A DNA stretch of 32,000 bases from Akkermansia muciniphila ATCC BAA-835 (GCF_000020225.1 NC_010655.1:840001-872000), one strand, 5' to 3'. Shown: positions 1 to 10,691, counted from the stretch's first letter. Notes: a model not told the origin generated them from the sequence alone. Translations and numbers: made by a program.

Positions 1-809
1 GCGCGCGCGCAGAAGTCCGACTGGCCTACAACCATCCCCGCCAAAAACGCCCCCAAAACCATGGAAGCGCCAAAGAATTCCGCGGAGCACACCGCCACGC
101 CCAGCGCAATGACCAGCACAGCCAGCGTAAACAAGTCACGCGCGCCCGTTCGGGCCACGTACCGCAGCACCAGCGGAATGACTTTTTTCCCGGCAAACAG
201 CGTCAGGGCCACCAGCAGGGCCAGCTTGACGAACATCCAGCCAAGCTCGGAAAGAATGCCGCCCCAGTCTCCGGCGCCGCTCTGGCGCGCTTCCATCACG
301 GCGGGGATGAGAACCAGCAGCAGAATGGTAAACAGGTCTTCCACTACCAGCCATCCCAGGGCCACATGGCCGCCGGGCGTATGGAGGTTCTGGTTGTCTT
401 CCAGCACCCGCGTCAGCACTACGGTACTCGCCACGGAAATCGCCATGCCAAAAACCAGTCCAGAAATCGCGGACCATCCGAACATCCACCCGACCAGCAC
501 CCCCAGCACGGTAGCCACGGATATCTGCACAACGGCTCCCGGCACGGCCACTTTTTGCACGGCAATCAAATCCTTCAAATGGAAATGGAGCCCCACCCCG
601 AACATCAGCAGGATAACGCCCAGCTCCGCGAATTGTTCCACCGTATGGGAATCCGCAACAAATCCCGGCGAGTACGGCCCTACCGCCACCCCGGCCAGCA
701 GGTAGCCCACCAGCGGGGATAAATGCAGTTTTCTGGCAATAAGGCCGAAAAGAAGGGCAGCGGCCAATCCGCCGACAAAAGTGAGAATAAGGCTGAAATC
801 GTGATCCAT
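1..809 (-). CDS. Monovalent cation:proton antiporter, CPA2 (YbaL/Kef-like), N-terminal part. The gene runs off the left edge of the window.
   Basis: Not in the ORF track because it is open at the window edge. My reverse-strand translation from the ATG at 809 reads MDHDFSLILTFVGGLAAALLFGLIARKLHLSPLVGYLLAGVAVGPYSPGFVADSHTVEQFAELGVILLMFGVGLHFHLKDL..., continuing through multiple hydrophobic helices. The ISPLVGYLLAG ... AELGVILLMFGVGLHF pattern matches my recollection of YbaL/Kef-type antiporters. The listed + ORF 61..705 is its antisense artefact. Confidence 0.75.
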   Translation of the reverse strand, partial: MDHDFSLILTFVGGLAAALLFGLIARKLHLSPLVGYLLAGVAVGPYSPGFVADSHTVEQFAELGVILLMFGVGLHFHLKDLIAVQKVAVPGAVVQISVATVLGVLVGWMFGWSAISGLVFGMAISVASTVVLTRVLEDNQNLHTPGGHVALGWLVVEDLFTILLLVLIPAVMEARQSGAGDWGGILSELGWMFVKLALLVALTLFAGKKVIPLVLRYVARTGARDLFTLAVLVIALGVAVCSAEFFGASMVLGAFLAGMVVGQSDFCAR

Positions 810-1326
810 ACGCGCGTGACAGGGATAAGGGGTATTCTTGACCGCCAAGTCGTTTTTACGCTATCGCGTTTTATTTTCCCTCACAAGAACGCATTGCGCC
901 GCATGGAAATGCAGTCGCACTTTTTGCATGAAAAATGGCCCCGGCAAATTTTCATCATATCCTATTTGCGACCGCTCCTAATTTAATTTTCCCATACGGG
1001 ATTCCTATCAAACGTGTTAGTAAAATTCGTCCTGTTCATTCCCGGGAAGCTGCCGGGTCATTGTCCCGCACTGGCGGTCGGACAAATGCCCATACATCAC
1101 CATCGGCAATTTTTACATCCTGCTGCCGGACAACGGAAATAATCCGCCGGCCCGGAAAATCCAAAGCAGGAACGCCCGCCGGGCAGACACTTTCGTTTTC
1201 AGGCTCTTCCATACTCCATGCCCATACCCCTGAACTTGGAAAAATTGATAAAATACCCCCAATTCCATTTGAATTTCCAGGAAATTAATTTATTTTATAT
1301 TGGAAATAATTGATTTTTTCAAATCT

Positions 1327-2001
1327 ATGACTGAAGATGCCATATTCAAGGAACAGTGGAACCTTCTTAAGAAGGAGATGGCAATGGGAGACGCTCATCT
1401 CCAGCAAAGGCTGGAACAGTTCATTTTCCGGCAATACGGCCGGGCGGTTCTGACGCATTACATTAAAGCCCTTTCCGTCCTGGAGCTCAGCCGCCATTTC
1501 TACCTGCGGTTCCGCAGGAGGAGCCGTGCCGTAACGGAACCCATTCTCTACTGGACCGTGCTTGCGGAAACAACCATCCACATGACGCTGGAGGGAGTAA
1601 AAGACATGCACCCCTTCATCTCCCTGCCGGCACGTGCCGGCGCAACCTTCCAGCTTGACATGTTAAAAGACTGCTACCTTCTTTATTTGAGGGACCGGGG
1701 ATATCCCTGCTGGCCCAGGGCCTCCCGCAGAAGCTGCATCATCCGGAACAAATGGAACGCTCCGGAACTGGAAGCCGCCTATTTCCTCCGGTTGTGCCAG
1801 AACAGCACGGACCGTCATTATGCCAACGTGATGAATATCCTGCTGGAAGAAATACTGCACATGCTGATTACCCTCCGCCAACTCAGGAACCACGGAAAAA
1901 ACCTGCTGGAACTCAGAAGAAGCCGGAACTCCAATTCTTCCCCGGGCGGCGTTCCGCCGCCGTCCCTCCGCCCGCAGCACCCTCCGGAAGACAGTCTTTA
2001 A
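1327..2001 (+). CDS. Hypothetical protein with an Arg/Pro-rich C-terminus
   Basis: ORF 1300..2001 begins with TTG. The first ATG is at 1327 (MTEDAIFKEQWNLLKKEM...). I recognise no family motif. Coding status rests only on ORF length and the lack of a better alternative on the opposite strand. Confidence 0.4.
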   Translation: MTEDAIFKEQWNLLKKEMAMGDAHLQQRLEQFIFRQYGRAVLTHYIKALSVLELSRHFYLRFRRRSRAVTEPILYWTVLAETTIHMTLEGVKDMHPFISLPARAGATFQLDMLKDCYLLYLRDRGYPCWPRASRRSCIIRNKWNAPELEAAYFLRLCQNSTDRHYANVMNILLEEILHMLITLRQLRNHGKNLLELRRSRNSNSSPGGVPPPSLRPQHPPEDSL

Positions 2002-2049
2002 AACCATCCGCGCTTTTTCCAAAGGATACTTGAAAAAACCGCCGGGACC

Positions 2050-3045
2050 TTACAAAATCAACATGCAGTCTCCATAGGAGAAAAATCTGTACCGTTCCCG
2101 GATGGCTTCCAGATAGGCTTTCATGACCAGCTCCCTGCCCGCAAAGGCGCTGACAAGCATCAGCAGCGTGCTCTGCGGCAAATGGAAATTCGTGATCAGG
2201 GCGTCCACCACCTTGTAGTTGTAGGGAGGATAAATGAAGATGTTCGTTGAACCGGAACACTCCCTCAACGGCAGACCTTCCGCCGTTGCCACATGTTCCA
2301 GCACCCGCACGCTGGTGGTGCCCACGGCAATAACCCTTCTGGCGTTATTGACTGCCCGGGCAGCGGCTTCAGGAAGAAAAAAATGCTCCGTATGCATCTG
2401 ATGGTCTTCTATCCTGTCCGCCTTGACGGGACGGAATGTTCCTACCCCCACGTGCAGGGTTAGAAAATCGTGGGGGACGGATGCCAGCAGCTCCGGCGTA
2501 AAATGCAGCCCGGCCGTAGGAGCGGCAATGGCCCCTTCATGCCTGGCGTAAACGGTCTGGTAACGCTCCCTGTCGGATGGGTCGCTTTCCCGGTTCATAT
2601 AGTGGGGAAGAGCCAGACGCCCGTATTTTTCCTCATCCACTTCCCGGTCAAACCGGATAAGGCGGTACCCTTCCTCATCAATGCCTTCCACGGTGCCCAC
2701 CGCCTCTCCGACCGCAACCGTACGCCCAAGCTTCATTTTGCGTCCGGGGCGCACCATGCACTTCCACAACAGGGGATTAAGAACCTCCGCGCGTACTATT
2801 TCAATGGAACCGTCGTTGGAAAAATATCTTGCCGGAACCACCCTGGTATCATTCAGGATAAAATGATCCCCTTCCCGCACATATTCCGGCAAATCGCAAA
2901 AATGCCTGTGCTCAATCATGCCCGTATCCCGGTGAATGACCATCATCCGGGACGCGGAGCGGTCCGGAAGGGGACGGTCCGCTATCAGTTCTTCCGGCAG
3001 CGGATAATCAAAATCAATGGTGCGCACGGCCAAGTGCATTGCCAC
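2050..3045 (-). CDS. queA: S-adenosylmethionine:tRNA ribosyltransferase-isomerase
   Basis: 331 aa. It contains FDYPLPEELIADRP, LNDTRVVPAR, ALPHYM, RYQTVYA, GAIAAPTAGLHFT and a C-terminal RFFSYGDCMLIL, which are the characteristic QueA sequence blocks. Confidence 0.93.
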   Translation of the reverse strand: MAMHLAVRTIDFDYPLPEELIADRPLPDRSASRMMVIHRDTGMIEHRHFCDLPEYVREGDHFILNDTRVVPARYFSNDGSIEIVRAEVLNPLLWKCMVRPGRKMKLGRTVAVGEAVGTVEGIDEEGYRLIRFDREVDEEKYGRLALPHYMNRESDPSDRERYQTVYARHEGAIAAPTAGLHFTPELLASVPHDFLTLHVGVGTFRPVKADRIEDHQMHTEHFFLPEAAARAVNNARRVIAVGTTSVRVLEHVATAEGLPLRECSGSTNIFIYPPYNYKVVDALITNFHLPQSTLLMLVSAFAGRELVMKAYLEAIRERYRFFSYGDCMLIL

Positions 3046-3121
3046 GAATCCTCCGAAAGGTCAATACCTTTAAACCGCAGGTAACACAATTATATCTTTA
3101 CCCTGCTTCGGTTCATATGGT

Positions 3122-4183
3122 ATGGAAGGATACATGAACAACCTGCTGTCAGCAAACATTTCCAACGCAACCGCCTGGGGGACCATTCTGGTCGTCGTCC
3201 TCGTCATCTTTCTGGTCATCTTTTTCGCCATCATCGCCAAATTCTTCAAGACATGGCTGCGCGCCCGTCTGGCGAAAGCGCCCGTCTCCATGAGCAACAT
3301 GCTGGGGATGTGGCTCCGGAAAGTGCCCTATCCCCTGGTGGTGGACACCCGCATTACGGCCGCCAAGGCGGGCCTGGACATCAGCACGGATGAGCTGGAG
3401 GCCCACTTCCTGGCCGGCGGCGACATCGTGGACTGCGTGCTTGCCCTGATTGCGGCGGAGAAAGCCGGCATTCCGCTGAGCTACGACCGCGCCTGCGCCA
3501 TTGACCTGGCCGTGAAAGGCACTTCCAAGACCGTGCTGGAAGCCGTGCGCACCTCCATCAATCCCCGAGTCATCGACTGCCCGAACCCCAGCTCCGGCCA
3601 AACGCGCCTGACGGCGGTGGCCCGTGACGGCATTGCAGTGGCGGTGCGCGCCCGCGTAACGGTGCGCACCAACCTGGATCTCTTCGTAGGGGGCGCCACG
3701 GAGGAAACGGTGGTCGCCCGCGTCGGGGAAGGCATCGTCTCCGCCGTGGGTTCTGCCCCCTCCTACAAGGATGTTCTGGAAAAACCGGAGGTGATCTCCC
3801 GTACCGTAAGCGACAAGGGGGTGGATGCCGCCACGGCGTTTGAAGTGCTTTCCATTGACATTGCGGATGTGGATGTAGCCGGCAATGTGGGCGCCCGCCT
3901 CCAGGCCGAGCAGGCGGAAGCGGACAAACAAATCGCCCAGGCCAAAGCGGAAGTCCGCCGCGCCGCCGCCGTAGCCACGGAACAGGAAATGGCTGCAAAA
4001 ACGCAGGAAATGCGCGCCAAGGTGGTGGAAGCGGAAGCCCAGATTCCCATGGCCATGGCGGAAGCCTTCCGCAACGGCAATCTGGGAGTGCTGGACTACG
4101 CCCGTTACCAAAACGTGGTGGCTGACACCAAAATGAGAGATTCCATCGCTCAACCGGATACGCCTCCCTCTTCCATCAAATAA
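3122..4183 (+). CDS. floA: Flotillin-like protein FloA (SPFH / UPF0365 YqfA family)
   Basis: 353 aa. It has an N-terminal TM helix ([21 protein letters not shown]), an SPFH-type body, and a C-terminal Ala/Glu/Gln-rich coiled coil ([28 protein letters not shown]...). This matches the YqfA/FloA architecture. The true start may be the ATG at 3134. Confidence 0.88.
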   Translation: MEGYMNNLLSANISNATAWGTILVVVLVIFLVIFFAIIAKFFKTWLRARLAKAPVSMSNMLGMWLRKVPYPLVVDTRITAAKAGLDISTDELEAHFLAGGDIVDCVLALIAAEKAGIPLSYDRACAIDLAVKGTSKTVLEAVRTSINPRVIDCPNPSSGQTRLTAVARDGIAVAVRARVTVRTNLDLFVGGATEETVVARVGEGIVSAVGSAPSYKDVLEKPEVISRTVSDKGVDAATAFEVLSIDIADVDVAGNVGARLQAEQAEADKQIAQAKAEVRRAAAVATEQEMAAKTQEMRAKVVEAEAQIPMAMAEAFRNGNLGVLDYARYQNVVADTKMRDSIAQPDTPPSSIK

Positions 4184-4194
4184 ATAAATTCCCT

Positions 4195-4235
4195 GGTTTC
4201 CGGAAAGGCCTGCTTTTTCCGGAAACCTTTATCCT
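4195..4235 (+). terminator. Intrinsic-terminator-like hairpin after floA
   Basis: Perfect 12-bp stem ggtttccggaaa (4195-4206) / tttccggaaacc (4216-4227) with a 9-nt loop, followed by the T-rich tttatccttt. It starts 12 nt after the floA stop and ends just before the next start codon at 4238. Confidence 0.55.
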
Positions 4236-4237
4236 TT

Positions 4238-4879
4238 ATGGATTTACTGGCATACATGCTCGCCTCCGGAGGCGATGACAATAGCCTGAAACTCTGGTTC
4301 TGGCTGATTGTCGGGGTGATTTTCCTCATCAAAAAAGCAATCGAATTGTTGAAACCGGATGAAAAGGATGAGGAACCGTCCGTTCCGGACACGGAGAACC
4401 ATCATGAAAAACGCGTAAGGGAAGTCATTGCGGAAATGCGCCGGGCAACCCCGCAGCCACAGCAAACCCAACCTGCCGCACCGGCCCGCGCACCGCGGCC
4501 CTCAGCCCCTCCTGTAGAGCTTCCCTCCCCCGCCGTGGCCCGCAAACCGCAGCCGATCCCGGCGCCGGCGGCTGCACAACCCGAGGAAACAGCCCGGCAG
4601 ACGGCGCAAAATGTACTGGAACGCTACGTAAAAGCTACGGAAGAAGCCCGGCAATCCATGCGCTCTCTTTCCGATGCGGAACAGGCGGCTCTGCAACGTT
4701 TGCAAAAGAGGGAGATGAAGGAACATCTGCCCGACCTTCTTCCGTCATCAGCCGCAGTGGAATCTCCTTCCCTGAAAAATTCCCTTCACCACCCCAAATC
4801 CCTGAAAGCGGCTATTCTTTATCAGGAAATCCTTGGGAAACCCAGAGCATTACGAAACGCATCCTTCAGCGGTGAATAA
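4238..4879 (+). CDS. Hypothetical single-pass membrane protein with a proline-rich linker
   Basis: 213 aa. It has one hydrophobic helix ([13 protein letters not shown]) followed by a long Pro/Ala/Gln-rich low-complexity region. No recognisable domain. Confidence 0.5.
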   Translation: MDLLAYMLASGGDDNSLKLWFWLIVGVIFLIKKAIELLKPDEKDEEPSVPDTENHHEKRVREVIAEMRRATPQPQQTQPAAPARAPRPSAPPVELPSPAVARKPQPIPAPAAAQPEETARQTAQNVLERYVKATEEARQSMRSLSDAEQAALQRLQKREMKEHLPDLLPSSAAVESPSLKNSLHHPKSLKAAILYQEILGKPRALRNASFSGE

Positions 4880-4985
4880 AGAATGGCCCTTCCCGGGCCA
4901 TGTTCCGTTCAGCCGTCATGCTGCCCCCCCTCTTATTCATTCTCCCTTGCCTGAAAAGGTAAGCGGAGGTACCCTCCATCCCGCA

Positions 4986-5768
4986 ATGACAGACACACCT
5001 TTGCAGATAGCCGGACGCCAGTTCACCTCCCGCCTGATGGTGGGAACGGGAAAATTTCCTTCCAATGAAAGCATGAAAGAAGCTCTGGAAGCCTCCGGCG
5101 CCCAAATTGTGACGGTGGCTCTGCGCCGGGCGGATCTGACGGGTTCCCACGATCCCGCCGCCAATATTCTGGATTTCATTGAGCCGGAAAAATACCTCCT
5201 TCTCCCCAACACCAGCGGAGCGACTACGGCAGAAGAAGCCGTACGCCTGGCGCGCCTGGCGGCAGCAGCCGGGTTGCCCAACTGGATCAAGCTGGAGATT
5301 CACCCGGACGCTCAGTACCTGATGCCGGACCCCATTGAAACGCTGAAAGCGGCGGAAATCCTGGTCAGGGAAGGCTTCACCGTGCTTCCCTACATTAACG
5401 CGGACCCCGTGCTCGCCAAACGCCTTCAGGAAGCCGGAGCGGCGGCCGTCATGCCTCTTGGCGCCCCCATCGGCACCAACAAGGGAGTGCTGACCCGGGA
5501 GTTGATTAACATCATCATTGAACAGGCTATTGTCCCCGTGGTGGTGGACGCGGGGCTGGGAGCGCCCAGCCACGCGGCGGAGGCTCTGGAAATGGGAGCG
5601 GATGCCGTGCTCGTCAATACGGCTATCGCCGCCTCCGGCTCTCCCTCCGCCATGGCGGAGGCGTTCGCCCTGGCATGCCGTGCCGGACGCATGGCTTATC
5701 TGTCCGGCCTTCCCGCCGTTTCCTCCAAAGCTACAGCCACCAGCCCCCTGACTTCCTTCCTGCATTAA
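4986..5768 (+). CDS. thiG: Thiazole synthase
   Basis: ORF 4833..5768. The conserved ThiG sequence starts at the internal ATG at 4986 ([24 protein letters not shown]...) and includes [29 protein letters not shown] and VLVNTAIA. The 51-codon upstream extension looks non-coding. Confidence 0.92.
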   Translation: MTDTPLQIAGRQFTSRLMVGTGKFPSNESMKEALEASGAQIVTVALRRADLTGSHDPAANILDFIEPEKYLLLPNTSGATTAEEAVRLARLAAAAGLPNWIKLEIHPDAQYLMPDPIETLKAAEILVREGFTVLPYINADPVLAKRLQEAGAAAVMPLGAPIGTNKGVLTRELINIIIEQAIVPVVVDAGLGAPSHAAEALEMGADAVLVNTAIAASGSPSAMAEAFALACRAGRMAYLSGLPAVSSKATATSPLTSFLH

Positions 5769-5809
5769 AAGGCCGGGAAAAAGCCCCGGTTTTCTCCCGC
5801 ACCCATGGG

Positions 5810-7114
5810 TCAAGAAACTCCGGGAACATTTTTCGCAATCTTCCTGCGTATTAGGAATTCCAGGATGAAGCAGGCGGCTACAAACAACACAATCAACGGA
5901 ATCAGGTAAGGCTGGCTGAAGAACATCTGGTAAAAGAACGCCCCCAGAATAAACAGCATCAGAAGAAAGCCCAGGATGATAAGCAGCGCATTTCCCTGAG
6001 TCTCTTTCCGGAGCCGCCAATGGGCGACGAACACCGCCAGGTAGCTGATCAGAAAACAGGCCCCCGCCAAATTGGCGATGGCTACCAGGTTAAAGGCATT
6101 CGTCATCACCAGAATCCCCAGCAAAAGATAGAAAAAACCCTCCGTTCCGTGGCCCCAGAAAGGCTGTTTAAAAATAGCTCCCAGCTGGCCGTTGCGCGCC
6201 AGAGCCCGGGAAATGTCCAGCATGCTGAACATGGTGGCATTAATGGCTGATGCCGTGGCAATGAGAGCCGCTACGGATACGGCCATGAAGCCCCACATGC
6301 CCAAAACCGGATAGGCGGCCTGCGCTACGGCCGTTTCCGTATGGCTTTCCAGGGAAGTAGCGGGAACGTTGGACAGTACTACGTAGGAGAGTATCAGGTA
6401 CAGGGCCAGCACAAGGCCAATAGCCATAAAAATGGCTCTTGGCAGCGTCCTGGAAGGATTTTTCAGATTGCCCGCCGTATTGGCCATCATTCCGTAGCCG
6501 GCAAATGCGAAAAATGTCAATCCCACGCTGCCCAGCAAACCGTCCAGCCCTTTCACCGGAATGGGATCCGCGCCCACAGGCACGGAAGAACCGAAGCTGG
6601 CAAGCATTAAAACCGTCAAAATCAATAATTTGAATGCCACCATGATTACTTCCGACTTTCCAACGGCCCTGGCTCCCCCCATATTCAATGCCCCCAGCAG
6701 CAAAATAGCCACGCTGGCAAAAAGGGCCGTGGAATAAATGGTGACTGCCCTGTCCGGTAAAAACAGGCGGGACGCATAGGCTCCAAAGGATTTGGCCACC
6801 AGGGCCACGGTAATGACCAGCGTTCCCAGGTAAATAAGGGTCAGTGCGCCGGACAGGGTCTTATGGGAAAAAGCCTCGTTGAAATAATCCATAATTCCTC
6901 CGGAACCGGGATAACGGGAACCCAGTTTGGCGTAGGTGTACCCGGAAAGCAGGGCAGCAACGCCTCCCAGAATAAAGGACCAATATACATTTTTTCCCGC
7001 CATCAGGGTCGCCTGCCCCATGAGGGCGAAAATTCCCGCTCCCACCATGGACCCTATTCCTAATGCAATGACGCTCCACAGGGACAGATATTCTTTTGGG
7101 GCCTTCCCGTACAT
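5810..7114 (-). CDS. APC-superfamily amino acid permease
   Basis: ORF 5810..7252. A polytopic membrane protein starts at the ATG at 7114 (MYGKAPKEYLSLWSVIALGIGSMVGAGIFALMG...), a typical APC N-terminal signature, followed by about 12 hydrophobic segments. The upstream 46 codons overlap the divergent neighbour's promoter region and are probably not translated. Confidence 0.85.
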   Translation of the reverse strand: MYGKAPKEYLSLWSVIALGIGSMVGAGIFALMGQATLMAGKNVYWSFILGGVAALLSGYTYAKLGSRYPGSGGIMDYFNEAFSHKTLSGALTLIYLGTLVITVALVAKSFGAYASRLFLPDRAVTIYSTALFASVAILLLGALNMGGARAVGKSEVIMVAFKLLILTVLMLASFGSSVPVGADPIPVKGLDGLLGSVGLTFFAFAGYGMMANTAGNLKNPSRTLPRAIFMAIGLVLALYLILSYVVLSNVPATSLESHTETAVAQAAYPVLGMWGFMAVSVAALIATASAINATMFSMLDISRALARNGQLGAIFKQPFWGHGTEGFFYLLLGILVMTNAFNLVAIANLAGACFLISYLAVFVAHWRLRKETQGNALLIILGFLLMLFILGAFFYQMFFSQPYLIPLIVLFVAACFILEFLIRRKIAKNVPGVS

Positions 7115-7266
7115 AAGGGATTTAGAGATACTACAGGAATGAAACGTTGACCTTTCCGCACGGGATGACACGTCCTGCTTATTCATCCGTCCTGCAGCCC
7201 CATCATGACTATTCCGGCACGGCTTTCCCCTTGAACCGTCCGTTGTCGGCATGTAGGGTACGGCTG

Positions 7267-7932
7267 ATGATCAAAACCGCCATTTTTGATTTTGACGGAA
7301 CTCTTGCCGACACCATACCCCTGTGCCGGGAGGCTTTTCGCCGCGCTATCCGGAAGCTGGACGGCAGAATATTGACGGATGAAGAAATCGAACGCCAATT
7401 CGGCCCGGACGATCTGGGAGTTATCCAGAAATTGATTCCCGGGAAACCGGAACTGCATGAACGCGGCAGGGAACTATTTATCCACTATTACCGCAAGCTG
7501 CACGCAGACCTGGCTCCCGCCCCCTTTCCCGGAACAGCCGAATTGCTGAGCACTCTCCGCAACCTCGGCATTCGGCTGGCCATGGTCACAGGCAAACGCC
7601 TGGAAAGCGCAGAGATATCCCTCCAGTTTTTTCATCTGTCCGAATTTTTTCCTATTCTGGAAACAGGCTCCCCGGAGGGAGGCGTAAAACCGGACCGCAT
7701 CAAACGGGCTTTGTCCCGTCTGAATGCCGTCGCCTCAGAAGCCATCTATATTGGAGACGCCCCCACAGACGTGGACGCATGCCGCTCTGTCCCTATCCGC
7801 ATTCTCTCCGCAGGATGGGCCGAGGAGGCGGACATCAACGGCCTCAGGGAAAAAAAGCCGGACTTTCTCCTGACCCGTTTTGAAGACCTGGAACGTTTCT
7901 TCCGGGAACATCATGAAAATGAAGGCCTTTAA
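7267..7932 (+). CDS. HAD-IA family hydrolase (phosphoglycolate-phosphatase-like)
   Basis: The internal ATG at 7267 gives MIKTAIFDFDGTLADT (HAD motif I, DxDGT). VTGK (motif II region) and YIGDAPTDVDA (motif IV) lie downstream. Confidence 0.85.
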   Translation: MIKTAIFDFDGTLADTIPLCREAFRRAIRKLDGRILTDEEIERQFGPDDLGVIQKLIPGKPELHERGRELFIHYYRKLHADLAPAPFPGTAELLSTLRNLGIRLAMVTGKRLESAEISLQFFHLSEFFPILETGSPEGGVKPDRIKRALSRLNAVASEAIYIGDAPTDVDACRSVPIRILSAGWAEEADINGLREKKPDFLLTRFEDLERFFREHHENEGL

Positions 7933-7991
7933 GATTGCAATCCTGCAGAAAACAGGCTATCATTACCCACCCCGTTAATATCAATCCTTCC

Positions 7992-9104
7992 ATGACTTTT
8001 CAGAAAGAATCCGGAAAAGAGGGCCTGAAAATTCTGCTCATGCTCGCCAGCGTCATTATCATCACGGCCGGGCTGCAGGCGGGAAAACCGGTGCTCCTGC
8101 CCATCGTTCTATCCGGCTTTCTGGCAATCGTCAGTTATCCGCTGACGACTTTTTTCAAGAGCCGTCTTTGCTTCCCGCACTGGCTGGCAGTGACTTTCAC
8201 GGTCATCATGGACTTTGGCATTCTGGTGGGCCTGGGCTATCTGGCCCAATACCTGGGGCAGGATCTGGCCAAAACGGTCACGGTCAAATACCAGCCTCTT
8301 ATGATGGAGAAAATCCATGAACTCCGCGCTTTCCTGATTGAACAGGACTGGAACAACCTGGCTGACCAGATGCTTCAGGAACTTCCGGACCTGCTCAACG
8401 GCCAGCGCATCGTGGCGTTTTCCACAGGGGTGATGGGGCAGTTAGCTTCCATGCTGACCTTCACCACCCTGATTCTGATCCTGATGACTTTCTTCCTGGG
8501 GGAAGCCCCCCGCTTCCGGGCGAACATCAATAAACTGGGGCATAACAGCGACACAGGCATCCGCAAATTCTCCAAGGCCCTGGCCGGAGTTCAGAAATAT
8601 CTCATTATTAAAACCTTCATCAGCGCAGTTACAGGGCTTCTGGCTTTCCTGCTTTGCTATTACATGAACGTGGACTTTCCGCTGTTGTGGGGCATCGTGG
8701 CTTTCGCCCTCAACTTCATTCCCACCTTCGGCTCCATCATCGCGGCTATTCCCCCCACGCTTCTCGCCATGCTTCTGATCAGCCCGACTGCGGGCATCAT
8801 TGTTGCCGGCGGCTACCTGGTGATTAACACAGCCCTGGGAAACTGCCTGGAACCCATGCTGTTGGGACGACAATTCGGCATTGTGACCAGTATGGTTCTG
8901 CTCTCCGTCATCTTCTGGGGCTGGGTATGGGGCCCCATCGGCATGCTGCTGGCCGTACCCATTACCATGTTGATTAAACTCGGGCTGGAAAGCTCCAAGG
9001 ATCTCGCCTGGATCGCCCAGCTCATTGACAACCCTCCCACTCCCAGATTCCCTCTCCCCCCTCTCCATTCCGGGAAAACCAACGAAAGCACAACCAAGGA
9101 ATAA
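7992..9104 (+). CDS. AI-2E (PerM/YhhT) family transporter
   Basis: The ORF opens with TTG at 7935 and the first ATG is at 7992. It is a multi-TM protein with the family-typical C-terminal block FALNFIPTFGSIIAAIPP...LGRQFGI...FWGWVWGPIGMLLAVPIT. Confidence 0.82.
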   Translation: MTFQKESGKEGLKILLMLASVIIITAGLQAGKPVLLPIVLSGFLAIVSYPLTTFFKSRLCFPHWLAVTFTVIMDFGILVGLGYLAQYLGQDLAKTVTVKYQPLMMEKIHELRAFLIEQDWNNLADQMLQELPDLLNGQRIVAFSTGVMGQLASMLTFTTLILILMTFFLGEAPRFRANINKLGHNSDTGIRKFSKALAGVQKYLIIKTFISAVTGLLAFLLCYYMNVDFPLLWGIVAFALNFIPTFGSIIAAIPPTLLAMLLISPTAGIIVAGGYLVINTALGNCLEPMLLGRQFGIVTSMVLLSVIFWGWVWGPIGMLLAVPITMLIKLGLESSKDLAWIAQLIDNPPTPRFPLPPLHSGKTNESTTKE

Positions 9105-9107
9105 TCC

Positions 9108-10397
9108 ATGCATTCATTCGCTTACAAAAACGGCACGCTCTACTGTGAAAACGTCAACCTTCAGGAACTGGCGGACAAGGAAAGCACACCCCTGTACGTT
9201 TATAGCAAACAAACCATTTTAAACCACTTTCACCGCCTCAGGGAAGCTCTGGCACCGCTTAACGCGGAAGTGGCCTACGCCGTCAAAGCCTGCTCCAACA
9301 TCGCCATCCTGAACCTCATGGCCCGCAACGGGGCGGGATTCGACATCGTCTCCGGCGGAGAACTCTTCCGTGTCCTCAAAGCCGGGGGAGATCCGTCCAA
9401 ATGCACTTATGCCGGCGTAGGAAAAACCGAGCAGGAAATCCGTTATGCCCTGGCCCAGGGCATTTATTGCTTCAATGTGGAATCCGAAGCGGAACTGCGG
9501 GCCATTAACGCCATTGCCGCCTCCATGGGAGTCAAGGCTCCGGTGGCCGTGCGCGTCAATCCCAACGTAGAGGCGGGAACGCACAAATACATTACTACCG
9601 GCAAGGCTGAAAATAAATTCGGCGTGGACTTCGAACGCATTGAATCTCTTTATGAGATGGCGGCCCGCGAACTTCCGAACCTTCATCTGAAAGGGTTGCA
9701 AATGCATATCGGCTCCCAGCTTACCCAGGCGAAACCCTTCCTAGAAGCCGTCAGGAAAGTCGCCCCCCTGGCTGCTTCCCTGAAAGAAAAACACGGCATT
9801 GAATTTTTCTCCATCGGAGGAGGAATTGGCATCGTTTACCAGGGCACGCTGGATTCCGGCGTTCAGGAATGGTGGAATGAGGACTGCGCCCAGCTCACGC
9901 TGAGCACTTACGCCCAGGCCGTCGTCCCCACCCTGCAACCTCTGGGATTACACATCATTGTGGAACCGGGCCGTCTTATCGTAGGAAATGCGGGAGCACT
10001 CATCACGCGTTGCCTGTATGAAAAAAACGGGAAAGCCAAAACCTTTAAAATTGTGGATGCAGGGATGAACGACCTCATCCGCCCCGCCCTCTACCAGGGC
10101 TATCATGAAATTATCCCGGTCAGAGAACACCCCTCCGGATCCTGCGTCACAGCGGATGTTGTGGGTCCCATTTGTGAATCCGGAGACTTCCTCGCCCAAA
10201 ACAGGGACATGCCGGACGTGCGCCAGGGAGAACTCCTGGCCGTACTGTCCGCCGGAGCCTATGGTTTTTCCATGTCTTCCAACTACAATTCACGGCCTAT
10301 GGCGGAAGAAGTCCTGGTGGACGGGGACCAATGGAACGTCATTCGCAGCCGCCAAAGCTGGGAAGACCTCATCCGGGGAGAATCCATTCCGGAATAA
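9108..10397 (+). CDS. lysA: Diaminopimelate decarboxylase
   Basis: 429 aa. It contains TPLYVYS, the YAVKAC PLP-lysine region, HIGSQ, GGGIG, EPGR, and GPICESGDF followed by AGAYGFSMSSNYNSRP. These are the canonical fold-III decarboxylase / LysA motifs. Confidence 0.93.
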   Translation: MHSFAYKNGTLYCENVNLQELADKESTPLYVYSKQTILNHFHRLREALAPLNAEVAYAVKACSNIAILNLMARNGAGFDIVSGGELFRVLKAGGDPSKCTYAGVGKTEQEIRYALAQGIYCFNVESEAELRAINAIAASMGVKAPVAVRVNPNVEAGTHKYITTGKAENKFGVDFERIESLYEMAARELPNLHLKGLQMHIGSQLTQAKPFLEAVRKVAPLAASLKEKHGIEFFSIGGGIGIVYQGTLDSGVQEWWNEDCAQLTLSTYAQAVVPTLQPLGLHIIVEPGRLIVGNAGALITRCLYEKNGKAKTFKIVDAGMNDLIRPALYQGYHEIIPVREHPSGSCVTADVVGPICESGDFLAQNRDMPDVRQGELLAVLSAGAYGFSMSSNYNSRPMAEEVLVDGDQWNVIRSRQSWEDLIRGESIPE

Positions 10398-10691
10398 CAC
10401 CCCCATCCCTCCCATCTTTAGAATGCCCTTCCAGCGGTAAAACGAAGGAGGGGCATTTCCTTTCAACCGTACTGAATGGAAAGCAAGGCGGAATTTTCAA
10501 GTCCGCCAAGCCACGCGGAGCTTCTTTCCGGAGACGCCGCATGCTACTGCCGTACGGGCTCCGGCGGACCGGTCCGGCCGTAAGTCACAATGATTCGAAC
10601 ATGAACATGTCCCGCAAGAGCGCTGCAACCCCGGCGTGCGCCTGAGTTCAGCCTTGCCCTCCTGAAAAAAAACACCTATCATATCCCCGTT

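Noticed and set aside
4880-4985. Possible TPP riboswitch or leader upstream of thiG
   Set aside because: I could not find the THI-box core (CUGAGA ... ACCUGAUCUGGAUAAUGCCAGCG-like). The only structure is a 7-bp hairpin (atggccc/gggccat, 4884-4902), more likely a terminator for the preceding gene. An Rfam scan would settle it.
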